From assembly GCA_013239625.1 (NCBI GenBank), contig MU054187.1:11553231-11617230 (forward strand): a DNA stretch of 64,000 nucleotides. Direction: 5' to 3'. A program made the translations under genes and the position numbers. Shown piece after piece: positions 27,350 through 38,797 of the stretch. The DNA is from Lama guanicoe. Its lineage: Eukaryota. The notes beneath the pieces were generated by a model that was given only the letters and a program-made list of their open reading frames with translations, had not been told where the DNA came from and searched no databases. Positions within the stretch are counted from its first letter, which is position 1; each line of letters opens with the position of its first letter.

Positions 27350-28125
27350 AAGAGTATGTTCACAATGGGGAGACCTGGCACTCACCAACTCAGTCAAGTG
27401 ATTAAACTCAGTAACACTAATGAATGGCCAGATGCATGTAATAGAAAATACACAGTGTCACCTACAAAGTAGTATAGCCAAACGTGTTTTGTCTGAATCG
27501 AATCACGCCTTTAGACTGGACTGGTAGTTTACAAGAAACATGAGAAATGGAGGAACAAAGTAAGTGACACCATGAGGAAATAATCAGGTAAATCTAGAAT
27601 GAGGAACATTCCACAAATCAACTAGTTTTGTCCCTTCAAAAAGTCTATGTGGTAAAAAAAAAAAAAAGTTGAAGCACTGTTCTAGATTACAAAGTGCGAA
27701 GAAGGTTTAGCAGCCAAATGCAATGTATGAGTGAATCTTGACTGGCTCCTGATTTGAAAAAATATATAGTTATAAAAGACACTGGGTAGCCAACTAAGGA
27801 AATCTGAATATGGACTGGATATCTGATAAGATGAAATGGTTATTAACTTTCTTAAAATGTTTAAGCTCCTGAGTTATATAAAAGAATGTCCTTATTTTCA
27901 GAAGATATGGGCTGAAGCCTAAAGGTGTCTGCAATCACTTTCAAAGGGCTTAGCCTCCCACCCAAAATATATATATTTCTACACACACACACACACACAC
28001 AGGTTGATAAAACAAACAGGACAAAATGAACAATTACTGAATCTAGGTAGTGGATATACTGGTGTTCATTGCACAGTTGTTTTAACTTTTCTGTTTGAAA
28101 ATTTGTCATAATGTTAAAACATGGA
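27350..28125 (+). mobile_element. Old L1 (L1MC/L1ME-type) 3' UTR
   Basis: ggagacctggcactcacc...caagtgattaaactcag...gccaaatgcaatgt...ggaaatctgaatatggactgg...ttttctgtttgaaaatttgtcataat. Confidence 0.7.
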
Positions 28126-29036
28126 GGCAATGTAACAAGCAAGCTATTCCTTTCTGCCGTAGAAATTTCTTTCTCTTGCATTTAATAAAAAAAAAACTAA
28201 GTTATAAAATTCTCATTCTAAGGCAACTGGGCCAGTTACTGAGGACTATAAATGGCTCAGACAGCCTCTATAACCAATTCTGGGGGCTGCAGTTGTACTG
28301 GGGAAAAACATAACCCTCTTACTTGAGTATCATTTTCACTGCCCTTTCACTGTCCAAGAGCCACCACTTTTCAGAAAATAGTAATGATTCTTCTCCCAAG
28401 TTCAAGTAATTGAGGGTCTTCAAAGCAACAATAAAAATAGCTTTGGATAAACTTTACAACCTGTGATGTTGCTTCTGCATAAAGATAACCTAGTCATTTG
28501 ATATCACTCAAGTTCTTTTTTAAATAGTGACCCAGATGATATGCAAACAATACAGACAGGGAGGCGATAAAGCATGTTCAATGTAGTCTGGGTGCTCCAT
28601 TAACCCTGCTGTTGGGGCAGGAATGAGAAGCAGCAGGGGATGAAAGATGTAAATAACCTCACTCCACACACCAGCTACTCCTGTTCCTTCCTGAGCCCTT
28701 CTGGAGGGACATCTTTGAGAGGATAAACCTCATAAATCAGAGTTTTTCTAAAGACAGGCAGCAAGAGAGAAAAGCACGGCCCCACAGTTAAAAGTCTGTA
28801 TCACTTGGGAAAAGATAAATGTGAAGTGGGAGTCTGAAAATTCAAAGAACTCTCAACTACTGGATTCTTTCCCCAACAGAAAACACACCACACTAAGGCA
28901 AAAAGAAAAGAAGGAAACAAAAAGTATACTGAAGCTCAATGTTTAAACACATATACAAAATACATAACATCAAGCAAAATGTGTTTCCTTGTGACTTTTG
29001 AGTTCAAGCTTATCTAAGAAGACAAGAAACTCTTAC

Positions 29037-29952
29037 CTAAGTACAAGGATGAGTTTTCTTTCTTGACATTGTCATCTAAGTAGGTTGGTCCCAGGGTATA
29101 AATAGGTGTGGAGCCCATTCCAATGAGAATCTGTGCACAAACGAATAAAGCCACATAGACCCAGTGACTGTTTCCTCCCGAGTCCTTCAGGCAGGTGGGT
29201 GGCTTCACAGTGGGCGAGGAGTTGCCATTCTGACACAGGCCGTCGTTGGAGGCTGAGGCGTTCAACTCTTGGATCTGGTATGCAGGCGAGATGAAGTGAG
29301 GTAAAGCGAAGAGGGCAGCCCCCACGGCGATGAGGAGACCCCCCACTGCCAGCCACAGGGGCCGCCGCCCCCGGCCGCCAAAGTAGCTGACGAAAACCAC
29401 CACCACCAGGCTCCCAATGTCAAAGCAGCTGACCAGCAGCCCCGACTCGGAACTTTTCAGGCTGTAGCGCCTTTCAATGGTGGTGATGACGCTGCTCAGG
29501 TACCCGGAGACCATTAATGCCTGGATGAAGGTCAGAAAGCACATGCAAACCAGGAAGCAACGGGAATCAGTGAGGACCACGTAGAGGCACCTTCTCCCCT
29601 GCAGCATGGCCAGAGTGGAGGACACCGACATGGTTTTGCTGACTTCCACCCGCTGGTTACATTCCACCAGCCCTGCCGTCTCTGCCGAAGTTGACGGGGC
29701 GGACGGGCTGGGGGCCCGCGGGCCGGGGCTTGGCTTCAACTCCTGATGTCTAGAAGAATCTGTACAGCCGGAGGCGGGCTTGGCGCCTATGCTCGCGGGA
29801 CTCAGGTCTGGCCTGCAGGAGGCGCTGTTCAGAGCGGGTAAACTCTGGGACCTAAAGGTCTCTGGTTCGCACTTTTCTTGGACAGCTCCTACTGTGGCCG
29901 GTGCTTCCAGCTGCTCTCCCGCCTGGGGCTGCAGCCCCGTGCCTTCGTCCAT
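29037..29952 (-). CDS. SLCO5A1: SLCO5A1 (OATP5A1) first coding exon: N-terminal cytoplasmic region plus the first transmembrane helices; 305 codons + 1 nt (phase 1); rest of the gene lies beyond the left edge
   Basis: [12 protein letters not shown]...[30 protein letters not shown]...VFVSYFGG...ALPHFISP...[28 protein letters not shown] has typical OATP motifs and matches recalled human SLCO5A1. Strong Kozak GCCATGG at 29952. Canonical donor TTAG|GTAAGA at 29037/29036. Confidence 0.97.
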
Positions 29953-30438
29953 GGCTCTTAGAATTCAGATTCGATCGCTGATCGCACTCAAAGACCTCCG
30001 GCGCTTTTCATCCACCCGCAGGAGGGGCCGAAGCCGGGCCCAGACAGTCGTGCCCACCAGGGACCGGGCCTGGGGATGCAGAGCCGCGCAGCAGGGCATC
30101 CTCACCAGCAGAGAGGTGCCCAGGGCATCCTGACCGCAGCCGCGGCCCCGAGGCTCCGCAGCCGCGTGCCCCGGAGGGCAGGGGTCCGCGCGGTCCTGCG
30201 ATGAGCCCTACTTAGGGTCCACCTCGGGTTGGTAGCTCGCGGCAGGAGCCTTGCGCGTCCCGGGCGCATCCCCTCCTCAGCCGCCGCTCCGCCAGCCACC
30301 CGGAGCGCGTACGCCCCGTGCCCAGCGCAGGGGAGCTTAGCGCTGCTGCCCGCGCCGCATCCCGCGTGCTGGCTGGGCCAGAGGCGCCCTGTCCTCGCCG
30401 CCTCGGCTCGCAACACCCTCGGGCGCAAAGCTGCCAAC
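29953..30438 (-). other. SLCO5A1: 5' UTR portion of SLCO5A1 exon 2 (486 nt)
   Basis: Acceptor on the minus strand ctgactgccctgtctctgctttgcAG|GTTG at 30439/30438, with a pyrimidine tract and CTGAC branch point (A at 30461). The 1402-nt exon size resembles the recalled human exon. Confidence 0.75.
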
Positions 30439-32029
30439 CTGCAAAGCAGAGACAGGGCAGTCAGCGAAGGGCAGCTGCGGATGGCGCCCCAGCGCTCCGG
30501 GGGACAGCGCTGGGGGACCCTGACAGTCCCAAGTGGGACCGAAGGACGAACGAGGAGCGAAGCCCTGGAGGAGGAGGCATTTGCAGCCAGCAGTCCCCAG
30601 TGCCCGAACAATAAGCAGCAGGCGGTCGGCAGAGACCCTCCCTCCTTGTCTACTGTGGACCTGCCCCCGCCCAGCCCCTTTTGCCTTAAACAGCGCATCT
30701 GCTTTTATGTTAATAATTATCAACCCGGCAGCTCTGACTCAGAGACAGTGTCTTTTATTCGAGTGAACTAATTGCAACCTTTAGGCACTCCTACTCCATT
30801 ACTCAAAATAGAAAAGGCTCAAAAGAACAAAGGAAAGTTTTTTGGTTTGTTTGTTCTTTTGGTTTTACAAACACAATGCACACCCCCAGTCCCGATTTTT
30901 AAAAAGAAAATTAAAGAAAGGAGGAAAGCTACGTGTGTAGAAATGTGCGTACACAGGCACGTGTGCGCGACAGGATGTGAATCCGTCTTCCTCATCAATT
31001 GCAGACACGTATTCAAAGCCCAAGGCAGCAGCAAAAAGGTCAGCGTGCTTGCCTCTTTATTCCCAACACTAAAAATAACAACCCTGCCCTCTGCCGCCGG
31101 AGAGAACTATTCAATTACAAATACCAGGGGCATTCGAGGCTGCGGCCCACTCGAAGTCCCAGCGCACGGTGTCAAGAGAAACCGAAAATCAATTTGCTTT
31201 GCAGAGGGGTGGGGAAGCCACGCCAAACAAAGAGATGCCGGCGCGCTATCACAGCGCGCTAGGAGCCCACGGAGCTGGCTTGGTAAGCGCGGGTCGGTAA
31301 GGAGGTATGCTATTTACATCGATTGCACCCTGGGAGCGCGGGCCCGGGGCGCGCGCACACCCCGGTGCGTATGTGTTGGAAACCCTCGCGGGATCCAGCA
31401 CCCAGCTTGAACTCAGCACGAGCCGAAAACAGGTGTGTCCCCAGGGTGAGCCCGGGCCCCTGATCTCCGGGACTCCCACTCCATTTCTCCCGCCCGGGGG
31501 GACGTGTACCAGGTGGGAGAGGAGAGCCGGACTTGGCTGCTTTGGGTCTCATTCTGCGACGCGCTTTTGTGATGCTACTGACAAAAGAAAGGAGGGAGGG
31601 TAAGGGAGAAAGGCGGAGAGGATGGGATCCAGGGGCGGCCGCTCTGGCGTCTCCCTCGGCTCTGCTGTGCCAGACCCGCTCCCAGATTCCTGGCCTGCCA
31701 GCCGCTCACAGCCGGGGCTTCCCCGCCGCCTCCTTACCCAGGCGCCTTCCCGGGGAACCCCACCGGCGTCCGCGCGCCGAGCCGGGGAATCCCGGCAAAC
31801 TCGCTCCCCGCGCCCGGGGCTCCGAGCTCCTGCCGAGAGGGCACCCCCATCGCAGCGCAGCCTCGGATGGGCACCCGGACCCCGGCGGCTCTCCAAGCCA
31901 GCGCGGGACCCCGGGGACACCTACTGCGGGCACGCAAACACACACACACACACAGCCAGCCAGCGGGAGAACAGGACCGCCGAGGACAGCTGGCCAAGCT
32001 GCCAGGGAGCACGAGCCGCGGCTACTCAC

Positions 32030-32345
32030 TCGGGAGTCGGCGTGTCTGTCTGTCGGTCTGAGAGTGGAGCGCCGGGAGGTGGGGACCTTGAAGGTGCAGG
32101 AGTAGTTGGGAGCCTCCTGGCAAGACAGCGTCAAGAAACCAGTGAATGAGACTGTGACTCAGGCTGAACTCTTCCCCCCACCGCTCGCCTGTCCGCCAAG
32201 CCTCTCCAAACAGACACACGCGCACAGACGCGCCCGGAGCGGAGCAGCGGAGAGCGCAGGCGCGCGGGCAGCCGCCCAGCCCAGCCCGAAGGCGGCGAGC
32301 CGCCCTGCTGCCCTTCACCTGAGCGTCGCGGGAGGGCGAGGAGCC
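32030..32345 (-). other. SLCO5A1: Probable non-coding exon 1 of SLCO5A1 (TSS position approximate)
   Basis: Donor CCGA|GTGAGT at 32030/32029 at the distal end of the CpG island. GC-rich sequence stops at about 32345. Implies a ~1.6 kb intron 1. Confidence 0.6.
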
Positions 32346-32419
32346 TGAGGGAGCATGTCTCCAGGAAAGTCAGCTGCTGAGGCAGAGAGCCCACTCGGGA
32401 AGAAAGAACTATTTCTGTT

Positions 32420-33540
32420 TGTTTTATTCCGTGCCGAGGCCATTCACCGTGTCTTAGGGACCATAGTAGGCTCTGGGGACAAAAGATGAACAAGACAGGA
32501 TCCCTGAACTACGGAAATCTCTGTCTTGTGGAAGATATACCCCTGTAAGTAGCCTAAAATAACACGGTAAATACTATACAAAATAGATACGGGAGATACT
32601 GGAGAACCTAATGTCCATTGTTAACGGATTAGGTCTTCATTTCCAGGCAGAAAGAAAGGCATGTGCAAAGTCCCGGGGGCATGATGCTGCAAGGAAATAG
32701 GTAGATGTGTCACAGAGTGGTTGCAGGGATGGGGCAGAGGGCTGGGCCACAAGAGTGGCAGAGGAGAAAAGGGCTTCACTGACTTGCTCACCAGAAAGCT
32801 GGTTCTGGCAGTGATGGGTGAACTGAGGCCACGTGGAGGGCATGGAGACAAGTTAGGAGGCAATTTCAGAGCAATACGTGATGGGGTTTGGGGGTGTGGG
32901 GTGGGGGCGGGCAGCAGGGGAAGAAGGAACTGCTTGAAAACACTGACAAGGTAAAAGTGGCCAGCCTTGGAAGCTGATGTAATCTGGAGGCTGAGAAAAC
33001 AGGCCAATGTAGGCTGTCTCTCAAGTTTCACACTTGGGTGACTGGGTGGATGAGATCCAAGGAAAACACAGGAGGAGAAACATGCTCTTAGGAGAAAGAT
33101 GTTTGTCCGTTTAGATGTGTTGACTTTGAAATGCCTTTGGGACATCTGAGTGCACATGTCCCGTAAGCCACAGGGCATATAACACACAGGCAGTTGGGAT
33201 TAGGGCGTGGATTAACAGGCATCAGCCCAAAGGCAGCATGAGGTGAATAAGGCAGATCATGCAGGAGATGTGAGGAGAGGGAGGCTAAGGGCTGAGCCTT
33301 GGGGACACCATGACTTAAGAGATGGAAAGAGAAAAAGCTAAGGAGGGAGATTAAAAGAAATGTGTTAGTGATCAGAAAACAGTGAGTGTCACAGAAGCCA
33401 AAGGAGCAGAAAACTTTAAGAAGGGGGTGGTCAGATGCCAGAACACCTGCGGAGGAGTCAAATAGCTAAGATGTTAGAGTCCATGCGCTACAGCAAGTAG
33501 GAGGACCCTGAGAACTTGACAGAGGGAGATAGTGACCTAA
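32420..33540 (-). mobile_element. L2 LINE fragments directly upstream of the promoter
   Basis: aggctctggggacaaaagatgaacaagacag..., ggcatgtgcaaagtcccggggg, ttagatgtgttgactttgaaatgcct, gtgtcacagaagccaaagg. Confidence 0.7.
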
Positions 33541-35224
33541 TGAGAGTGTGTGTGTGCATGGGAAGGAGGGTTCTACAATTACCAGTGACTGCGCTGGCCA
33601 TTGCTGAAATGTCAAAGCCACTTCAGTGGCTCTTGGCTTTATCCAATAAGAGCACTGTGTCCACTTTACAGCATGAGGAGAAAGTGTAGAGACATTAAGT
33701 AACTTGGTAAAGGCACATAGCTAGTCTCTGGATGATAAAAAAAAAAGTTCATGCTCCAGAAGTCCATGCTCTTAACTCTGACTCTACCCTCTCTCATCAT
33801 CTGTAGCAGCCTGACTTTTCAGTGCATCTTGCATCTGCTAATTATCTCACTTTAGTCCAACAACCATCCTATGGACAGTCATCCTTAGAGAACAAAATAA
33901 GTCAGGTGACACCAAAGAACAGCTGGTGCATGCTCCAAATCCATGTTGAGACAGCACTAATCTGGCAACAGCCAAACTGCTGATCAAACAGGCCGAAGGC
34001 ATTTATTTCTCATCCCCCTGCCCCTGTCCCCTTTTCTTGAGATCTCCATCAAGCCCACTGTCACTTTTCCACAAACAGGAAATATGACTCCAGCTGCTAG
34101 CCTTGCCCAGATCTTAGCTATGTGGCACTTCCTGTACCTGTTACTCCTCTGAGCTTATTCTGGATCCAAACAGAATTGATCTACCTCCTATTACGTCCTT
34201 CCAAGCTCTTTGGTCCATCCTCTCATTTCAGCCTCAGCCCCAGACATCCCTGTTTTACACCGAATTCAATCTGTCGCATCAGGTGCCAGCAGAGGGCTTC
34301 CCTGCTGAAAGTCAAATAATCACGCCCCCATCACACACTGTGTTTATTCATGGTCAGTTACCATAGTTACACTAGAAACAATGCTAAGAACCTATAGTTT
34401 TTTTTATTCCTACTAATAGAAAGATCATGATTTATAGATAGAATTCAAAATGTCCAATTAACTACCCATATAGGAAACAAAAAGAAAACATTTAGCACAA
34501 GACATTTCTTATGCTTTCTCTTTCATAGTAAATGTGGCTTTGGAAAAGGCCAGGTGCGCCTCCATCAGCCCTCATCCTTCGAATCAGAGAAAGAAATGGA
34601 TTTACATCATGGGATTCTGCTACCCCCATGACTTATTTCACAGTCACTGAGACTGGACTATCTGCCCTGCTAGGCATATTGGGAGAGAAAGCACATGACT
34701 ATAAACTTGCTTCAAATTTCCAGGTGTGCTGATGCTTCTTCTAAGTCACTAAGTCAGTCTAACTTACACATAAATTGTCTCTTTCTCAGTCTTCACATAA
34801 TAAGATGGTAGCCTTTGCAATTACCTAGGGCATCCTATAGGTTTAAAATCTAGCTGCTCTGGAGAATGGGGCAGGGAAAGCAGAGTGTACCCTTTCCTCC
34901 ACTCTCTTTCCATTTTCCTTAAGAGGGTTCAATTCAGAGGTCTCCCAGACACAAGAAGAAGAACTGAGTTTTGGTCCAGAACATTTTCTGGGCTTAAAAT
35001 ATAATGCATAGTTGTCACTGCTCTAATTGAATTAGGTATTGGTTCTTGAAGAAGAGACAAGTTATATCTTTAAGGTAACCTTTTATATATCATTGAAATA
35101 TAGATTTATTCACAGACCCTGAAGAGGTATATAGACTATTAACCTCTGTGACATAATTAAATTACATCTCTATTCTTGATTCAAAAAGGTGGTTTATGGT
35201 ATGACTGATTGCCTCAATATCTTT

Positions 35225-35580
35225 TCTTTTTTATTTAATTACTTTTTTATTGAGATATGATTGACACATAACACTATTAGTTTTAGATGTACAATATACT
35301 GATTTGATATAGTATGTATATATTGCAAAATGATCACCACAATAAATCTACACATGGTTACAAAGCTTTTCTAATGGGGGAGGTAATTGGGTTTTTCTTT
35401 TTTTTTTTCTCTTAATGGGGGCACTGGGGATTGAACTCAGGACCTCCATGCATGCTAAACATGCACTCTGCCACTTGAGCTATACCCTTCCCGCCCAACA
35501 CACAAATTTTTTTTCTTGTTATGAGGATGTTTAAGATCTACTCTCTTAGCAGCTTTCAAATACCCAATATGATACTATTG
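35225..35580 (-). mobile_element. L1 3' end (antisense) interrupted by a SINE
   Basis: ttattgagatatgattgacacataac...atgatcaccacaataa...aagatctactctcttagcagctttcaaatac. Confidence 0.8.
35376..35496 (-). mobile_element. tRNA-derived camelid SINE (Vic-1-like)
   Basis: Reverse complement of the SINE: ctggggattgaactcaggacctc...cactctgccacttgagctatacccttccc. Confidence 0.9.
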
Positions 35581-37984
35581 ATTATAAGATTATAAGGTAA
35601 TCTCTTAACAGAACTTGGCATTTATACCCTTACTTAGGAAGTAAATTTCAAGCTGGGTAAAACAGAAGAGGGATAGATTTGGCCCTGGGGGAGGACAGTG
35701 AATTCAGGCAATCACTCCAGCTCTGTGGTTTGAGTATGGCAATCAACCATGTCAGTTTTAGCACTACAGGTCTCCAATGCAAGAAACCACAGTCCTGTGA
35801 ACACTTGGACACTTAGTCACCCTCTAAAGGAGCCAAGAAATCAGGCAGCACCATTGGGAAGCAGCCAGGACAAGAAGACAACACTCTACCAACCAGGGCC
35901 TTCTAGAAACTGCCACCTCCCTTAACAAAAATAGGCCGGTAATGAGGAGAAGACGAGACATTTGTCCCCAGAGATTCACATTCCCTTGAGATTTTCGTAA
36001 TTACCTCCACTGCCACCTGGGCCTGGGAAAGGAAGGAGGCGGGACAGGAAGTGGGAGGGAGGAGAGGCCATCTGTGTGACCCTAAGCGTCTCTTCATGTC
36101 TCTGTGGGTTGTCGAAAATCAGGGCCCTGACCACTTTTCACCCAGGCCATTTCTCAGGGTTGTGTTTGCAGCCAGCGACCTTGAGGAGTGAGGTACCCTT
36201 TACCCCTGGAAAAAGAGCAGGCTTAGTTCTGCCGACTCTGGGCAGCACCCCCAGCTCAAGGCTCCTCTCCTGTAAGGCAACTGCCCATGTACACAGGCAT
36301 CCGCAGTGGGCTGTGCATCGCCCCGTGGGGTCCAGGGCCGCGGGGAACTGGAGCAGACATCAGCCTGACAGTCGGCCTGCTGCTTTTGACATGAAGAACA
36401 ATGCCCATTGCCTCTGACTCTGCAGCCTTTCCTCCCCAGGACCCATGAAACAGAAGCAGGCTAACTTGTTAGCTCAGAAGGAGGGTGAAATCCTAGACCC
36501 TACACAGTCCTTGTGAGGCCTCACCCGATTTTAACACCCTGACCCGGATACTAGCTTCCCTTTCACTGTGCAGGACAGCTGGGCCGGGGCCTGAGCCTTT
36601 AAACAGAGCTTTCCTTAAGCCTAAAGGCCAATAAAAGGAAATAACTACACGGGATAACATGTTAGATGTGGCTGACGGGCTCTCAGCATGCAGCCCCGAC
36701 ATTTCTGTTCTATCTTGAACAGCAGAGTCTCAAAAGCAAAGCAAAGCAAACAAACAAAACTACATTTCCCAGACTCCTTTGCCAGTCAGGTCCTGGATAA
36801 GAACTGATACACTCTTGTGAGTTTTAGAAGTTGGTATAAGGCATAAGCCACATCTTTATGGCCGTCTTAGGCCAGCAAGCAGGTCAGGGGGACATTGTAT
36901 ATTTCTGCTTCAGCCATCGTTGTCCAAACTCCAGCTTCTGGACATCGAGAGGCAGTTACAGCCTTGGACCTCAGGATCCAGACACAGCAGGGTATCCTGA
37001 AGTCAGTAGACCACGGAAGGCCTTTGATTCCACCCTCCAGACCGCAGCAGATGGACCAGCTTTGCTGGAGGGACAGACCTGCCGTCCTCAGGGTCGTTCC
37101 TGGTCACCCAGCCTGAAGATCAGCCCTGCCAGAGACTGTAAGCTCACAGTTTCCTGTAGGGAGTCCCTTTCTGCCTAAAAGCCCGGAGCGATTTCTCTGG
37201 GCAAAAAGCAATACACTAGAGAGTCAGCTTGTAAATTAGGGCTACTCCTCCACGGTCGGTGCCCCCCCGCAGCAGACGCCCCTTGGGGATCTACCCTAGG
37301 GATGACCCTGAACTCTCTGGAGACGACTCGAAGCCTGGATCCAGAGAGTAAAGCCAAGAGAAAGCTCGAACTCCTCTTGCCTTCCTTCCTTCTAGATCCC
37401 CATTTCCTGGCTGAGAGCCTGCTTCTTCCCTAGGTGCCCGGAAGGACTCGCAGACGTGACCTCAAGGAGGTGGTCTCATTTCAGGGCGTAGAAGAATAAT
37501 TAACACAAGATAAGATGAATGACAAATCGCTGCAGTGACACACTGCTGAGGCCCCCTACACAAGCAGGTAGGACGCAGCAGGCTTCGCTGCCTTCCACTT
37601 GTCTAAAAGGCCTGAAGCTTAGACAGCTATAAATAATCCTTGATATTGTCCTGCTGCTGGCAACAGGCAGCCTGGCCGGGGGACAGCAGAATCCTCATGT
37701 CCCCTCCCCTCTTTCCCAAGGTCCGTGTCCTCTGTAGGACAGATAGAGCAGAGTGGGTCAGAACAAGGACACCACGGGAAACTAACACTAGTCAATCTGT
37801 GTGGTGAGCACATGGGGGTCCCTCGTACACACTTCATCACCAGAAGCAGCCCCGATTCTAAGATGCACCATTATTTTGCATATCACCAAAAAGGAAAAAA
37901 TACGGCCTGCTAGACTCTGACGCATCTTAATGTGTCATTTAACCTTAATGAGTCAAGAGAGAAAAAGAGGACTCTTGCTGAACT

Positions 37985-38180
37985 ATCTAAATTTTAACTC
38001 TGGCTCTGCCGTTTCTGCCAGTAGAGCCTTGGACAATTGATTCAACCTCTCTGCCTCAGTTTCCAAGTCGGGGTTAACCCCAGTGTCTATCTCACAGGGT
38101 GGTCGTCAGTGGAAAATGAGATAATGTACACAAAATGCTTACAGCAAGGCCTGGACCAAGTTTGGGGCTAATGAACGCAA
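37985..38180 (+). mobile_element. MIR SINE
   Basis: tggctctgcc...ccttggacaattgattcaacctctctgcctcagtttcc...tatctcacaggg...atgagataatgt. Confidence 0.8.
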
Positions 38181-38685
38181 GTCCCTGTCAGAGTTATGCG
38201 TTGCGGATTTTTGCAGTCACCATATTCATGTTTTCCTCCCTGACTGTCAGAGAGCAGATGATCCAGAATCTTTTATTTCATACGCACCACACACTTATCT
38301 AAGATTGGTTCCTATCCTGGAAATTATGTTTAGACCGATAAAATCTCATATATCCTTCTAAGGACCATTATTTGGTTGTTTTTGTTTTTTGTTTCATTTT
38401 CCATCTTCCAACCAGAGGAATTCCTTCCTCATCAGTACCCCACCACCGCTCAAGTACTTACAAAAGTTAAAACATAGTTATCCTCTCATTTATCATATTA
38501 GGACTGACTGTGTATTTTACAGACATTATTCGTCTTCCCTCTCAGATGTATATTACCAATCCCTTTTATGGAGGAGGGAGTTGAGGTTCTGAGATGATCA
38601 TCAATTTGCCCTAAACCATTCAGCTTAGAAAGTGTGGAGAGAGATGCAAACCCAGATCAGCCATGTTCCAAAGTTTACACTCCTT

Positions 38686-38797
38686 GGGACGATATAGCTC
38701 GGTGGTAGAGTGCACACTTAGCATGTGTCCTGGGTTCAATCCCCAGTACCTCCATTGAAAAGGGGGGGGGGCAGGGAGAATAAAATAAAATAAAAAC
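38686..38797 (+). mobile_element. tRNA-derived camelid SINE (Vic-1-like) inside an antisense MIR
   Basis: tatagctcggtggtagagtgc...gtcctgggttcaatccccagtacctcc; TSD tacactcct. Confidence 0.88.

Larger units (their letters stand above)
29650..32345. promoter_or_regulatory. CpG island / SLCO5A1 promoter (two dense blocks, ~29650-30670 and ~31130-32345)
   Basis: Very high GC and CpG density (many CGCG, GCGC, CCGG) against CpG-depleted flanks; overlaps the first exons. Confidence 0.9.

Noticed and set aside
1..29013. Further SLCO5A1 coding exons (next expected peptide begins AIMYVMGALGP, from recall)
   Set aside because: No matching sequence was found by eye; the interval looks entirely intronic, though a small alternative exon cannot be excluded
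29014..29036. C-terminal GKSFLSS* of the 312-aa ORF as a true protein end
   Set aside because: It is read-through into intron 2 past the canonical AG|GTAAGA donor; OATPs have 12 TM helices encoded by further exons
30102..32493. Many overlapping 100-210 aa ORFs on both strands
   Set aside because: Expected from stop-codon scarcity in a GC-rich CpG island; Pro/Arg/Gly/Ala-rich, no recognisable domain, and many start at non-ATG codons
32621..33187. 188-aa ORF upstream of the promoter
   Set aside because: Overlaps degenerate L2 sequence; no splice or homology support
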